A stretch of DNA of 64,000 nucleotides from an uncultured virus (IMG/VR IMGVR_UViG_3300005680_000003) (lineage: Duplodnaviria > Heunggongvirae > Uroviricota > Caudoviricetes), in the IMG/VR virus record IMGVR_UViG_3300005680_000003, positions 1-64,000 of that record; one strand, written 5' to 3'. Under the pieces are notes generated by a model. That model had not been told where the DNA came from. It saw only the letters and a program-made list of their open reading frames with translations, and did no database searches. A program made the translations under genes and the position numbers. Position 1 is the stretch's first letter, and each line of letters begins with the position of its first letter. Shown here in pieces: positions 46,671 to 54,722 of the stretch.

Positions 46671-47066
46671 TCACTGCGGCCAGTCCTCGAGCAACGCCGG
46701 AACGAGGTACGGCTGGTCGTCCCGGGCGAACGGCGGCGGCTTACGCGGCCGGGTCCCCGGGTCCTCGATGTGCAGTGCGTAGAACTCGCCGGGGAACGGG
46801 TTCGCGGACGAGGTGTGCGCTGTCGTCTCGATCTCGACGGTGATCGGGTTCGCTGAGGTGAGCTCCCACGCCAACTGGGAACGCAGGAACCCGGATGGGT
46901 GCCCTTGCGGGGTCCTCGAGTTGTCCCCTACCGGGGCCCTCTTCTTCGCGCCCTGAGTGACTGCCTGCGCACCCTCGACCATGTACCGCCCCACCGGACC
47001 GGCCGGGGAGCTCAACAGTTCGAGGATGGCGGCGTCGTCGACCTCGACGCGGCCACCGACCGCCAC
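46671..47066 (-). CDS. HK97 gp10-like tail-completion protein
   Basis: LL.SP.GPVGR, AK.RAPV, G.LRS, YA...E.PGT, QPYL.PAL. Confidence 0.75.
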   Translation of the reverse strand: MAVGGRVEVDDAAILELLSSPAGPVGRYMVEGAQAVTQGAKKRAPVGDNSRTPQGHPSGFLRSQLAWELTSANPITVEIETTAHTSSANPFPGEFYALHIEDPGTRPRKPPPFARDDQPYLVPALLEDWPQ

Positions 47067-47078
47067 CGCCTGTCCCGA

Positions 47079-47393
47079 TCAGTCCTCGACGGGGACGACC
47101 AGGCCGTCGCGGACCCACTCGCCGGGGCCGCCGGTGACCGGGTCGGTGACGAGGGGATGCGACGCAGGGACAGGCGCCCCCGCCCCGTAGGCCGGTACCC
47201 CGTCGAACAGGATCGTCTGCGCGGCCCTGAACTGCGAGTAATCGGCGCGGATACGACCTGAGTACCCGACGGGCAACGCCGGTGCGGGCGGAAGGTCCCT
47301 GACCTCGATCGTGGACAGGTCGACGGCTTGGGGGCTGCTGCCGGCATCGGAGATGCCGACCTCGACTGGTGTCACCTCGGAGCGGGAAGGCAC
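47079..47393 (-). CDS. Hypothetical virion-associated protein (start uncertain)
   Basis: YSQF.A...I..DGVPAY..G.PVPASH motif. Confidence 0.5.
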   Translation of the reverse strand: MPSRSEVTPVEVGISDAGSSPQAVDLSTIEVRDLPPAPALPVGYSGRIRADYSQFRAAQTILFDGVPAYGAGAPVPASHPLVTDPVTGGPGEWVRDGLVVPVED

Positions 47394-47470
47394 GACGGGT
47401 CCTCCAACGACGGTGTCCGCCCGGCCCCACGTCGCATCGTATCGGCGTGCCCCCCGTGACCCGTGCAGGC

Positions 47471-48211
47471 TCAGAGGTATCGCAGGTCGCCGTAGGAGAC
47501 CGGGGCGGGGAACGAGTGAGTCGTGAGATCGCCGACCCCGGGGCCAGCGCCTTCCCCTTCGCCGCCGCCTGCCCCACGGTTCACGTCGATCGCGACGGCG
47601 AGGGACGCCTCGAAGTCCGTGCGCAGCCGGTCGTAGACCGCGACGTCCGCGTCCCGCTCCGGGTACCCGATCTCCGCCCAGAACGCGGCGAGCAGGGCGG
47701 CGGCAACAGCGGCCTGACCCGCGGCGATCGGCATGACTGGTGACCCTGTCCTGCCCATCACCCACGCGCAGGCGTGCCGGATCAACCGGTCCACCTCGAC
47801 ACCGGTCGGAGTGGTGTCAGCGGTGAACGTCCCCAGGTAGGAGTTGTCGGTGCCGACCGCCCGCGTCCGGGTCGGGATGTGCACGGCCACGTCGGCGATG
47901 TCCGGCGCCCAACCCGGCGCGGCCAGCAACGGTGAGGCGTCCTCAGCCGGGTCGACGATGAGCAGGTACACCGTCTCGGAGTCGGTGACGGCACCGGACG
48001 CCGTCCACACGATCCGCCACTCACCCGTCCTGGACGGGGTTACAGCGACCCGCCAGTTCCCGAGTGAGACCACCGCTGGCGCCAGGTCGGTCTGTGTGCC
48101 GGTCTCGGAGCTGACCAGGACCGCATCGACTGTCGCGTCAACCGGTTCCCCGGCTGCGTCCGTCAGGTAGTAGTCGACGATGACCTCGTCGCCCAACTCC
48201 CTCATCGGCAT
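47471..48211 (-). CDS. Head-to-tail adaptor with extra N-terminal Ig-like domain
   Basis: C-terminal WAP.IADVA..IPTRT...GTFT.DT.PT..EV..LI; N-terminal Y.LTDAAGEPVDA...G.W.IVW. Confidence 0.7.
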   Translation of the reverse strand: MPMRELGDEVIVDYYLTDAAGEPVDATVDAVLVSSETGTQTDLAPAVVSLGNWRVAVTPSRTGEWRIVWTASGAVTDSETVYLLIVDPAEDASPLLAAPGWAPDIADVAVHIPTRTRAVGTDNSYLGTFTADTTPTGVEVDRLIRHACAWVMGRTGSPVMPIAAGQAAVAAALLAAFWAEIGYPERDADVAVYDRLRTDFEASLAVAIDVNRGAGGGEGEGAGPGVGDLTTHSFPAPVSYGDLRYL

Positions 48212-48233
48212 GACGTGCCACCTTCCCCTCGCA

Positions 48234-50309
48234 TCATGTCCTCACCACGGCCCGGCCCGGGTCACCGTCGACCCGCGCCCTGCCCGGTCGTCTCGAGCCC
48301 ACCGTGGCCCGACCGGTGATGACCCGCGCGATCGACGGCACCACCCCCGCATCGTCGACCTCGACGACGCCCACCAGCACCGTGACACGGGGCGATGACA
48401 CCCCGACCGCGGCCGCGGTCTCCGCGACCCCGGGCAGGTCCGTTGCCTTCGTCGACGGCAACCCTGAAGCGGTACCCGTCTCGGCCGCACCTGCCACGCT
48501 CACGGCCTTGACCGTCGCGAGCGAACCGCAGGCCGTGAACTCTCCAGCTGGCCCCGCCGCGGTCAACCTGGCCGCTGCCACGAGCCCTGCAGTGCCCGCC
48601 TCGACGGCCCATGCGACCGGTACTGCCTTGACTGCCGGGGCATGGGTTGCCGTGGAGACCTCCGACGCGACTCCCAGCGCAGTCACCTTGACCGCAGCAG
48701 TGGGTGCCGCGGCGTCCGGCTCGACGGCACCGCCCAGGACTGACTCCGTCGGCAAGGTTGTCGAGCCAGCAGAGTCGGCCTCGCTCGCCGACCCCAAGGT
48801 GGTGACCTTCACCGACACGAAGGCAGCCGCCGCCTCGCCTTCGCCGTAGGTCGACCCCCCGTAGGTCGCCCCGCCGTAGGTGGACCCGGCGCCCGCGACG
48901 CCAAGCGTGGTGATCTTCGCAGTGGGCAGCGCGGCGGCTGCGGCGGTCTCGGGCGCAGGCGGCATGGGAGCCGCCTTCGCCGCCCCGACGGTGCCCGCGG
49001 TGCTCGTCTCGGTTGGGCCACTCAGCACGCTGCCCTTGAGGGCTGCGACCGCGACAGCAGCGGCGGTCTCAACGGCCCCCATCGCCGGGACCACCTTCAC
49101 CGCCAGGACAGATCCCGCGGCCACGGCCTCGGACGCCGTACCGGCTGAGGTCGCCAACGGGGTCGTCAGGCTGGCTGCGACGTCAGTCTCCGAGGTGCCA
49201 CCGACCACGACGGCCTTCGCGGCGACGACGGTCAACGCAGCGGCGACCTCGGCCGCGCCGACCGTGGTCGTGGATACCAGTGTGGTGACTGGGGCAGCGG
49301 TGTCAGATTCTGCCGCCCCAGCGACGGGGCTCACCTTCACCGCCCCGACCACGCCCGCCGTCTCCGTGGCGGATGCAGTCCCAGCGGGATGCGCCACTGT
49401 GAACCCGACCGTGCCCGCGGTGTCCGTCTCCGCTGCCGTGCCGGCCGCTGTCACCCTCACCGCAGGCAGCGCCGCAGCGGATTCCGTGCCGGCCGCTGTG
49501 CCGGCGTTCGTCGTCTTCACCGCGGCCACCCCAGCCGCAGTGTCGGTCTGGGCAGGCCCGCTGACAGTCGTGGAGACCAGAGCCGTGACCACCACCGCGG
49601 CATCCGACTCCGCTGGCCCGACTGCCGACGTGTCCTTGCGGGCCGTCACTGCTGCCGCGGCATCCGACTCCGCGGCGCCCGTCAGCGACGTGGTGGTCAG
49701 CATCGGGCCAGGGTTGAAGTCGTCGCGGGTTTCGAGGTCGTCGACCTGCAGCGTCCACGTCGACGACGCATATAGGCCGAGGCTCATCCGGTCGTGCGTG
49801 CCGGTGTTGTAGGTCTGGGTGCCTGAGGTGAACAGCGCGGTGGTGGAGTCCCCGACGTAGACCCGCAGGGTCTGGCCTGTGCCGTTGATGCAGTCCCACT
49901 CGACGCGGTACGTCGTCCCTGCCGACAGGGGCGACCCTCCAGGAGAGGTGTAGACGGCAGTGGTGCCGTTTCGCAGGGTGACGGTACCCGCCGCGTTGAT
50001 CCGCAACTCGGTCCGGCTGGTCGTTGACGTCCGGAGGGCTGCGATCAAGGTGTTGGCAGCGGGAACCGCCTGGAACGTCAGGTAGAACCGGACATAGCTC
50101 GTGCCGCGCAGGGTCGGAGCACCGAAGTACACCACCGAGTACGAGGTGCCCGCCGAGGCGCTGTACTGGCCAGCCAGTGCCCCCGTGTGCACCCCGTTCG
50201 CATTGGTGAAGACGGGGTTACCACTGTTGAGGTCGAACCCGGTGTTGGTGGTGGTGATCGTGGAGCCGTTGCTTCCGCCTTCGAAGTCCTCGACGAGATC
50301 CGAGGCCAT
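48234..50309 (-). CDS. Fibre protein: N-terminal lectin-like beta-sandwich plus 22 tandem 20-aa Ala/Thr-rich repeats
   Basis: About 210-aa N-terminal domain (DFEGG.NG...RFY...YRVEW...VDD), then GxxExDxAxxVxxxKxxxxx periodicity. Confidence 0.75.
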   Translation of the reverse strand: MASDLVEDFEGGSNGSTITTTNTGFDLNSGNPVFTNANGVHTGALAGQYSASAGTSYSVVYFGAPTLRGTSYVRFYLTFQAVPAANTLIAALRTSTTSRTELRINAAGTVTLRNGTTAVYTSPGGSPLSAGTTYRVEWDCINGTGQTLRVYVGDSTTALFTSGTQTYNTGTHDRMSLGLYASSTWTLQVDDLETRDDFNPGPMLTTTSLTGAAESDAAAAVTARKDTSAVGPAESDAAVVVTALVSTTVSGPAQTDTAAGVAAVKTTNAGTAAGTESAAALPAVRVTAAGTAAETDTAGTVGFTVAHPAGTASATETAGVVGAVKVSPVAGAAESDTAAPVTTLVSTTTVGAAEVAAALTVVAAKAVVVGGTSETDVAASLTTPLATSAGTASEAVAAGSVLAVKVVPAMGAVETAAAVAVAALKGSVLSGPTETSTAGTVGAAKAAPMPPAPETAAAAALPTAKITTLGVAGAGSTYGGATYGGSTYGEGEAAAAFVSVKVTTLGSASEADSAGSTTLPTESVLGGAVEPDAAAPTAAVKVTALGVASEVSTATHAPAVKAVPVAWAVEAGTAGLVAAARLTAAGPAGEFTACGSLATVKAVSVAGAAETGTASGLPSTKATDLPGVAETAAAVGVSSPRVTVLVGVVEVDDAGVVPSIARVITGRATVGSRRPGRARVDGDPGRAVVRT

Positions 50310-50313
50310 GGCC

Positions 50314-51798
50314 TCACGACCCCACGGAGTACAGTCCCGAGGAGCCCTGTCCGATCCTGATGAACGAGTTGGTCGGGGCTGTCCCGGTGACCCGGTTGGT
50401 GATGTTCGACGGGACGACGTTCCCGAGCATGGTCAGCCCTGACCGGCTGCCTGAGAACCGGATCCCGTTGGTCTGCGGGGTGGCACCGAACCGGCCGGAT
50501 GTGCGGAACATGACCTCGAGTCCCGCGATCGTGAAGTCGTCCGAGGAGATCACCAGGCCGTCGGTCTGGCACGTGTCGATGATCATCCCGGCGATCGACG
50601 ACGTTGAAGCGCCCATCAGCATGCCGTTGACGTTGTCCTGCAGCTTGATCACACCGAGGGTGTGCCGGCCGGACCCCATGTTGATGCCGTAGTTGTCGCA
50701 GTAGGTAAACGACGAGTTCGTCACGTAGTTGTTGCCGCCCTGCAGCGAGAGGCCGTCCACGGCGGCGGTCCCCAGGTGGATCGACTGCAGGTAGTTGTCC
50801 GACGACCCATCGATCAGCACTCCGGTGCCCACGTCGTGGAGCATGACGTCGCGGATCCAGTTGCCCCGGTGGTTCGCCGTGGACGCGGCGTACAACCGGA
50901 TCCCGACCCGCCCAGTGCCGTTCCCGAAACCGTTGATGTACAGGTTGTAAAGCCGGTGGTAGGAGTCCGGAGCCGTCGACGGGTAGTCGCCCACCGACGG
51001 TGAGCCTGAGCCGGCCGAACCGGTCATGTCGAAGTCAATGCCGTGCCCGGTGCCGCCGCTGGCCCAGTTCCCGTACACGTGAAGGTCGCCGACCTCGCAG
51101 GCATGTTCGTTCACGGTGGCCAGTTTGATCAGCGGGTCTGCCCCGAGGCTGGCCGCGAACAGCTCGGTGATCCAACCGCTCCCCTTGAGGGTGACGGCCG
51201 TGCGCATGAGGACCGGGTCGCTGACGTTGAACCGCCCACCGGTCAACCTGACCATTCCCCGGGACTCAGCGGTGGCGGGGCTGTTCGCGTTCCTCGACTG
51301 GATGACGGCAGCCTTGTCGATGGCCTGGTTGATCTGCACCTGGTCGTTGGTGCCATCGCAGACGAATCCGCCCGCCGCCGAGACCGAATCCTTGACGGCG
51401 GTCGGCATGTCGTTGGACGCCACGCACACCTCGCCGGGGATGAACGCAGAACCACCGCCACCGGCCGGGACAGCCCAGGTGCCATCGCCGCGCAAGAAGT
51501 TCGACGACGACGGGGACCCGGTCCCGAGCCGTAACGTCGAGAACACCCCGGACGCGACGTCGCCGGCGGTGTGCTGGTGAACGATGGGTGCCTTGCCGGC
51601 CAGCCCGGCCGTCAGACCGGTGCTCAACGCCCCCAGGTACTCTGCGACCGTCGCGTAGGCAGCTGACGGGGACAGCCCCAGCTCGGCCTGCACTGCGGCC
51701 ACGGCGTTCTGCAGAGCATTGATGTGCGCCGCGTAGATCCACTGCCCGGGCCCGTCGCTGCGCTCCGGGAAGCTGTCGAAATCAGTCGGCCACGCCAC
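50314..51798 (-). CDS. Right-handed beta-helix (pectate-lyase-fold) depolymerase/tailspike-like protein
   Basis: WPT.FDSF...AAHINALQ.AV.AVQ.ELG anchor, FLRGDGTW, CDGTNDQVQINQAID, GMVRLTGGRF, VTLKGSG, beta-helix repeats. Confidence 0.78.
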   Translation of the reverse strand: MAWPTDFDSFPERSDGPGQWIYAAHINALQNAVAAVQAELGLSPSAAYATVAEYLGALSTGLTAGLAGKAPIVHQHTAGDVASGVFSTLRLGTGSPSSSNFLRGDGTWAVPAGGGGSAFIPGEVCVASNDMPTAVKDSVSAAGGFVCDGTNDQVQINQAIDKAAVIQSRNANSPATAESRGMVRLTGGRFNVSDPVLMRTAVTLKGSGWITELFAASLGADPLIKLATVNEHACEVGDLHVYGNWASGGTGHGIDFDMTGSAGSGSPSVGDYPSTAPDSYHRLYNLYINGFGNGTGRVGIRLYAASTANHRGNWIRDVMLHDVGTGVLIDGSSDNYLQSIHLGTAAVDGLSLQGGNNYVTNSSFTYCDNYGINMGSGRHTLGVIKLQDNVNGMLMGASTSSIAGMIIDTCQTDGLVISSDDFTIAGLEVMFRTSGRFGATPQTNGIRFSGSRSGLTMLGNVVPSNITNRVTGTAPTNSFIRIGQGSSGLYSVGS

Positions 51799-51845
51799 CG
51801 ACGCTCACCCTCTCCCCTGATTCGTCTGTGCCCGGACGGGTCTGG

Positions 51846-52283
51846 TCAGGACGCGGTGTAGAAGTCCGTGATCTGCACGAGGACGTTGTTCCCGTCCGGC
51901 GTCACAGTCCAGTCGTGCTTGGTCAGCGGGATGATGTCGGCATCGGTGCCGCCGGTGGTGTCGGGGTCGTAGCACACGAGCAGCGCCCCGGTCGCGTTGC
52001 CCGCTGCAGTCGTGTACGTCTGGTCAGCCACGTCCACTGCGACCGTGTCGGTCGTGTCGTTCACCGTTACCGTTGCCGCGGTGATCGTCTTGCGGCCGAG
52101 GGTGGTCTGCTCGTTGGACGTGCCGGCAAGCAGCGCCGACAAGGTGTCGTAGTCCTTGAGCGTGGCGTCGGCTTCGAGGCCGGCCGCCTCGAGCGGCACC
52201 AGGATCAGCGCGTCGTTCGCCGCAGGCAGCGTCGCGTAGTACGCGGCACGGCCCTTGGCGATGTTGAACACGAAGTTCGCCAT
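51846..52283 (-). CDS. Small virion fibre subunit
   Basis: MANFVFNIAKGR...RKT...V.DTTD...D.ADQT.T...YDPDTTGGTD..I.PLT.HD..VTPDG; typical structural-region protein. Confidence 0.6.
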   Translation of the reverse strand: MANFVFNIAKGRAAYYATLPAANDALILVPLEAAGLEADATLKDYDTLSALLAGTSNEQTTLGRKTITAATVTVNDTTDTVAVDVADQTYTTAAGNATGALLVCYDPDTTGGTDADIIPLTKHDWTVTPDGNNVLVQITDFYTAS

Positions 52284-52300
52284 GATCGGTTCCTTTCAGG

Positions 52301-52927
52301 TCAGATCGTGGGGCAGACCACGGTGAGTTGACCGGCCCCGACGACGAACTGGCCGGCTGCGCCGAGTTGTTGCGGGATCAGGTTGTGGAAACCGATCTCG
52401 CCAGTCCCGGTGATGTCGACTGCGGGACCGGCAACGGTCGACGACAACGTGAAGGTGTCCGAGGTGACCGCAACGACGTAGTACAGGGCCCCCGACGGCA
52501 GGCCGACCGGAACCGTTTCTGCGAGAACGGGATACACCCACACCCGCGACCCAACCGTCAGACCGTGGTCCGAGGACCGGACCAGGTTCAGAGCAGGGTC
52601 CACCGTCCCGAACCCGACGATCGACCCGTTGATCGGCGCATACCCCAGGTAGTTGTCCACGTTCCCGGTCAGCGCGTTGAAGAACAGGAACGACCCGAAC
52701 ATGCCGGCCGGCAACGAGAACGCCAGCACGGACTGGTTGACGATCTGCCCCGGCGAGGGACCGGACCATGCGACGGGCAGACGTGCGTAGGAACCACCGA
52801 CAGCCTCGACCTCGTTCGCGTTCACCCCGAGGCCCGGGTCGGCGAGGGTGCCGATCCCCACATGCGTGATCGCGGCGGCCAACCCGCCCACGAGCATCGC
52901 GTTGCGCCCCGTCACGTTGAACGGCAT
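52301..52927 (-). CDS. Virion fibre subunit with inserted beta domain
   Basis: RNAML...ADPG..ANEV..GGSYAR..VAW; insertion HGLTVG.RV...GL.SG.LYYV....DTFTLS....G.AVDITG.G. Confidence 0.6.
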   Translation of the reverse strand: MPFNVTGRNAMLVGGLAAAITHVGIGTLADPGLGVNANEVEAVGGSYARLPVAWSGPSPGQIVNQSVLAFSLPAGMFGSFLFFNALTGNVDNYLGYAPINGSIVGFGTVDPALNLVRSSDHGLTVGSRVWVYPVLAETVPVGLPSGALYYVVAVTSDTFTLSSTVAGPAVDITGTGEIGFHNLIPQQLGAAGQFVVGAGQLTVVCPTI

Positions 52928-52949
52928 CGGCCTCTCGCCTCATCACAGT

Positions 52950-53055
52950 CGTGTCGGGTACTGCCTGGGAGGCGCCGGGGATTCCGACGGCTCGTCCGAT
53001 TGGGGGGCCGGGGAGCAGTGGACCCCCCGACGTCTCCCGGGCAGTACCCGACACG
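52950..53055. repeat. 36-bp imperfect inverted repeat (31/36 matches) with 34-nt loop
   Basis: Arms 52950-52985 and 53020-53055; intergenic, just downstream of the capsid genes. Confidence 0.8.
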
Positions 53056-53066
53056 GTCCTCGTCCG

Positions 53067-53408
53067 CTACACCCGGGCGACGGCCTGGATCAGGCCGGCG
53101 GAGGTCAGCATCGTGAGGGTCTTGTCGGACAGGCCGTCCGGGACCGGGTGCCCGTACCCGACGACGGTGTCGACACCATCGATCGGCACGGAAATGCCGT
53201 TCGGGTAGGTGACCAGGTACCGCAGCGGCGCGGCCTCACCAGTCGTCTCCGTGTCGGTCCCCTGCGTGTCGCTCGGGGTGGCCACCGCGGCGACCCCATC
53301 ACCTTCCGCGGGGGGCGCCGCGGCAGGGTCCACGGCGCCGTCCGCTGCCCCGGCCTGAGCCAGGGCAGCGTCGGTGCCGTCGGGGCGACCCGGGCGGGTA
53401 CCCGCCAT
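53067..53408 (-). CDS. Hypothetical protein following the major capsid gene
   Basis: ATG overlaps the capsid stop; acidic low-complexity N-terminus. Confidence 0.6.
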   Translation of the reverse strand: MAGTRPGRPDGTDAALAQAGAADGAVDPAAAPPAEGDGVAAVATPSDTQGTDTETTGEAAPLRYLVTYPNGISVPIDGVDTVVGYGHPVPDGLSDKTLTMLTSAGLIQAVARV

Positions 53409-54340
53409 CAGGCCGCAACCCCCGTGATCTTGATGCCCGCGTTCGGGTTCTCCACCACCGGCACGAACGTGCGCCGGTTCCGCAGGAGGTAGGAGTCCGT
53501 GCCGAGCGGGTCCCGACGGGTCCATGTCTGGATGCCGTCCGGGTCGCCCTGGTACTCCGGCGACGGGATCGGCTCGTACCCGTGGTGACCGAACAGCCGG
53601 GTGTCGACGAGCATCGCGCCGACCCCGACCGGCATCCGGGACTCCGGGACGTCCGCGAGCCGGACCCCCGCGATCTGCATCACCATGCCGTCGACGACCA
53701 CGTTCTGGTTGTTGACCTGCAGCCCGGCGACGACCTTGTCGTTGCCGACGAGCTCGGCGTACAGCAGCGAGGACACCACCAGCAGGTCAGGCTCGTACCC
53801 GAGGGTCGGGTTGAGGTTCTTGACCTTGGCCTTGGCCCGCAAGATGTCCTTGAATGGGTCGGCGGAGGCGTTGTTCCAGACAGCGACCGCTGCCTGGGTC
53901 TGCGTGACCGCGGCGGCAGCGATACCCAGCGCGAGGGTGTCGATGAAGTCGATCGTGGCGTTGACGAGCTGGGTCATCGCCCGCTCGGCCGCGTTGATCT
54001 TCAGTCGGCCGATGTCCTCGTCGGTCACCCGGGAGTCCTGGCCGTACTTGGTGACCTTCGCCAGCTGCGGCGCCCCGCCGGTCGCGAGGGCCAGTTGGTA
54101 CTGACCGCCCGGAGCGACCGAGATCGGGTCGTCGGCGACCCTCACCGGTTCGGTCATCGAGTAGGAGATCGCGCCGCCGGGCGCCTCGACCCCGATGGGG
54201 AACAGGATGTCGGAGACGAACCCGTGCCGCGCGAGGTCCTCGATCCGTCGCTGAACCGACGTCGGGTCCTTGAGCAGGTTGTGGGTCGTGATGACGTTGC
54301 CGGTGAGGACCGGCGCGAGAGGGGGGTATGCGTAGGTCAT
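53408..54340 (-). CDS. Major capsid protein
   Basis: 310 aa after the decoration gene; YPP..P, VAPGGQY, K..KYG....VTDE, W....ADP..DI, LGY.PD, PVV.NP.A..KITG. Confidence 0.85.
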   Translation of the reverse strand: MTYAYPPLAPVLTGNVITTHNLLKDPTSVQRRIEDLARHGFVSDILFPIGVEAPGGAISYSMTEPVRVADDPISVAPGGQYQLALATGGAPQLAKVTKYGQDSRVTDEDIGRLKINAAERAMTQLVNATIDFIDTLALGIAAAAVTQTQAAVAVWNNASADPFKDILRAKAKVKNLNPTLGYEPDLLVVSSLLYAELVGNDKVVAGLQVNNQNVVVDGMVMQIAGVRLADVPESRMPVGVGAMLVDTRLFGHHGYEPIPSPEYQGDPDGIQTWTRRDPLGTDSYLLRNRRTFVPVVENPNAGIKITGVAA

Positions 54341-54347
54341 CTCGGGC

Positions 54348-54722
54348 TCAGGCCTTCCAGTGAACGGAGATCACGTCGCCGTCGGCTGTCGACGCCGTCA
54401 GCGCGAAACCGATCCGCTGGGTCTCCGGGTCGGTGCCCACCACGAACGCGGCGACCTTCCCGGCGGCAGCGGACTTCAGCGGGGTGTCCCGGGCGATCGC
54501 CGCGGAGGCGATGCACCGCTGGACGCCACCACGGGACACCGCGATCCGGTCCCCGGCGATCGCGTCGTTGGTGGCGACGCCCAGGACGACCGCGGACGCT
54601 GCGGTGGACGCCGAGCACGTGTCCGTCGCAGACAGGACCACGACCTGCCCGCCGGTGATGGTCCCGCCTGCCGTGTAGGAGGCGTCGCGGCCTTCGAGGT
54701 ACTTGGGGGCGTAGGCACCCAT
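54348..54722 (-). CDS. Capsid decoration/cement protein (DUF2190-like)
   Basis: TITGGQVV, LGVA..DA..GD.I.V, AAI.....L.SAAAGKV, IG.AL. Confidence 0.8.
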   Translation of the reverse strand: MGAYAPKYLEGRDASYTAGGTITGGQVVVLSATDTCSASTAASAVVLGVATNDAIAGDRIAVSRGGVQRCIASAAIARDTPLKSAAAGKVAAFVVGTDPETQRIGFALTASTADGDVISVHWKA

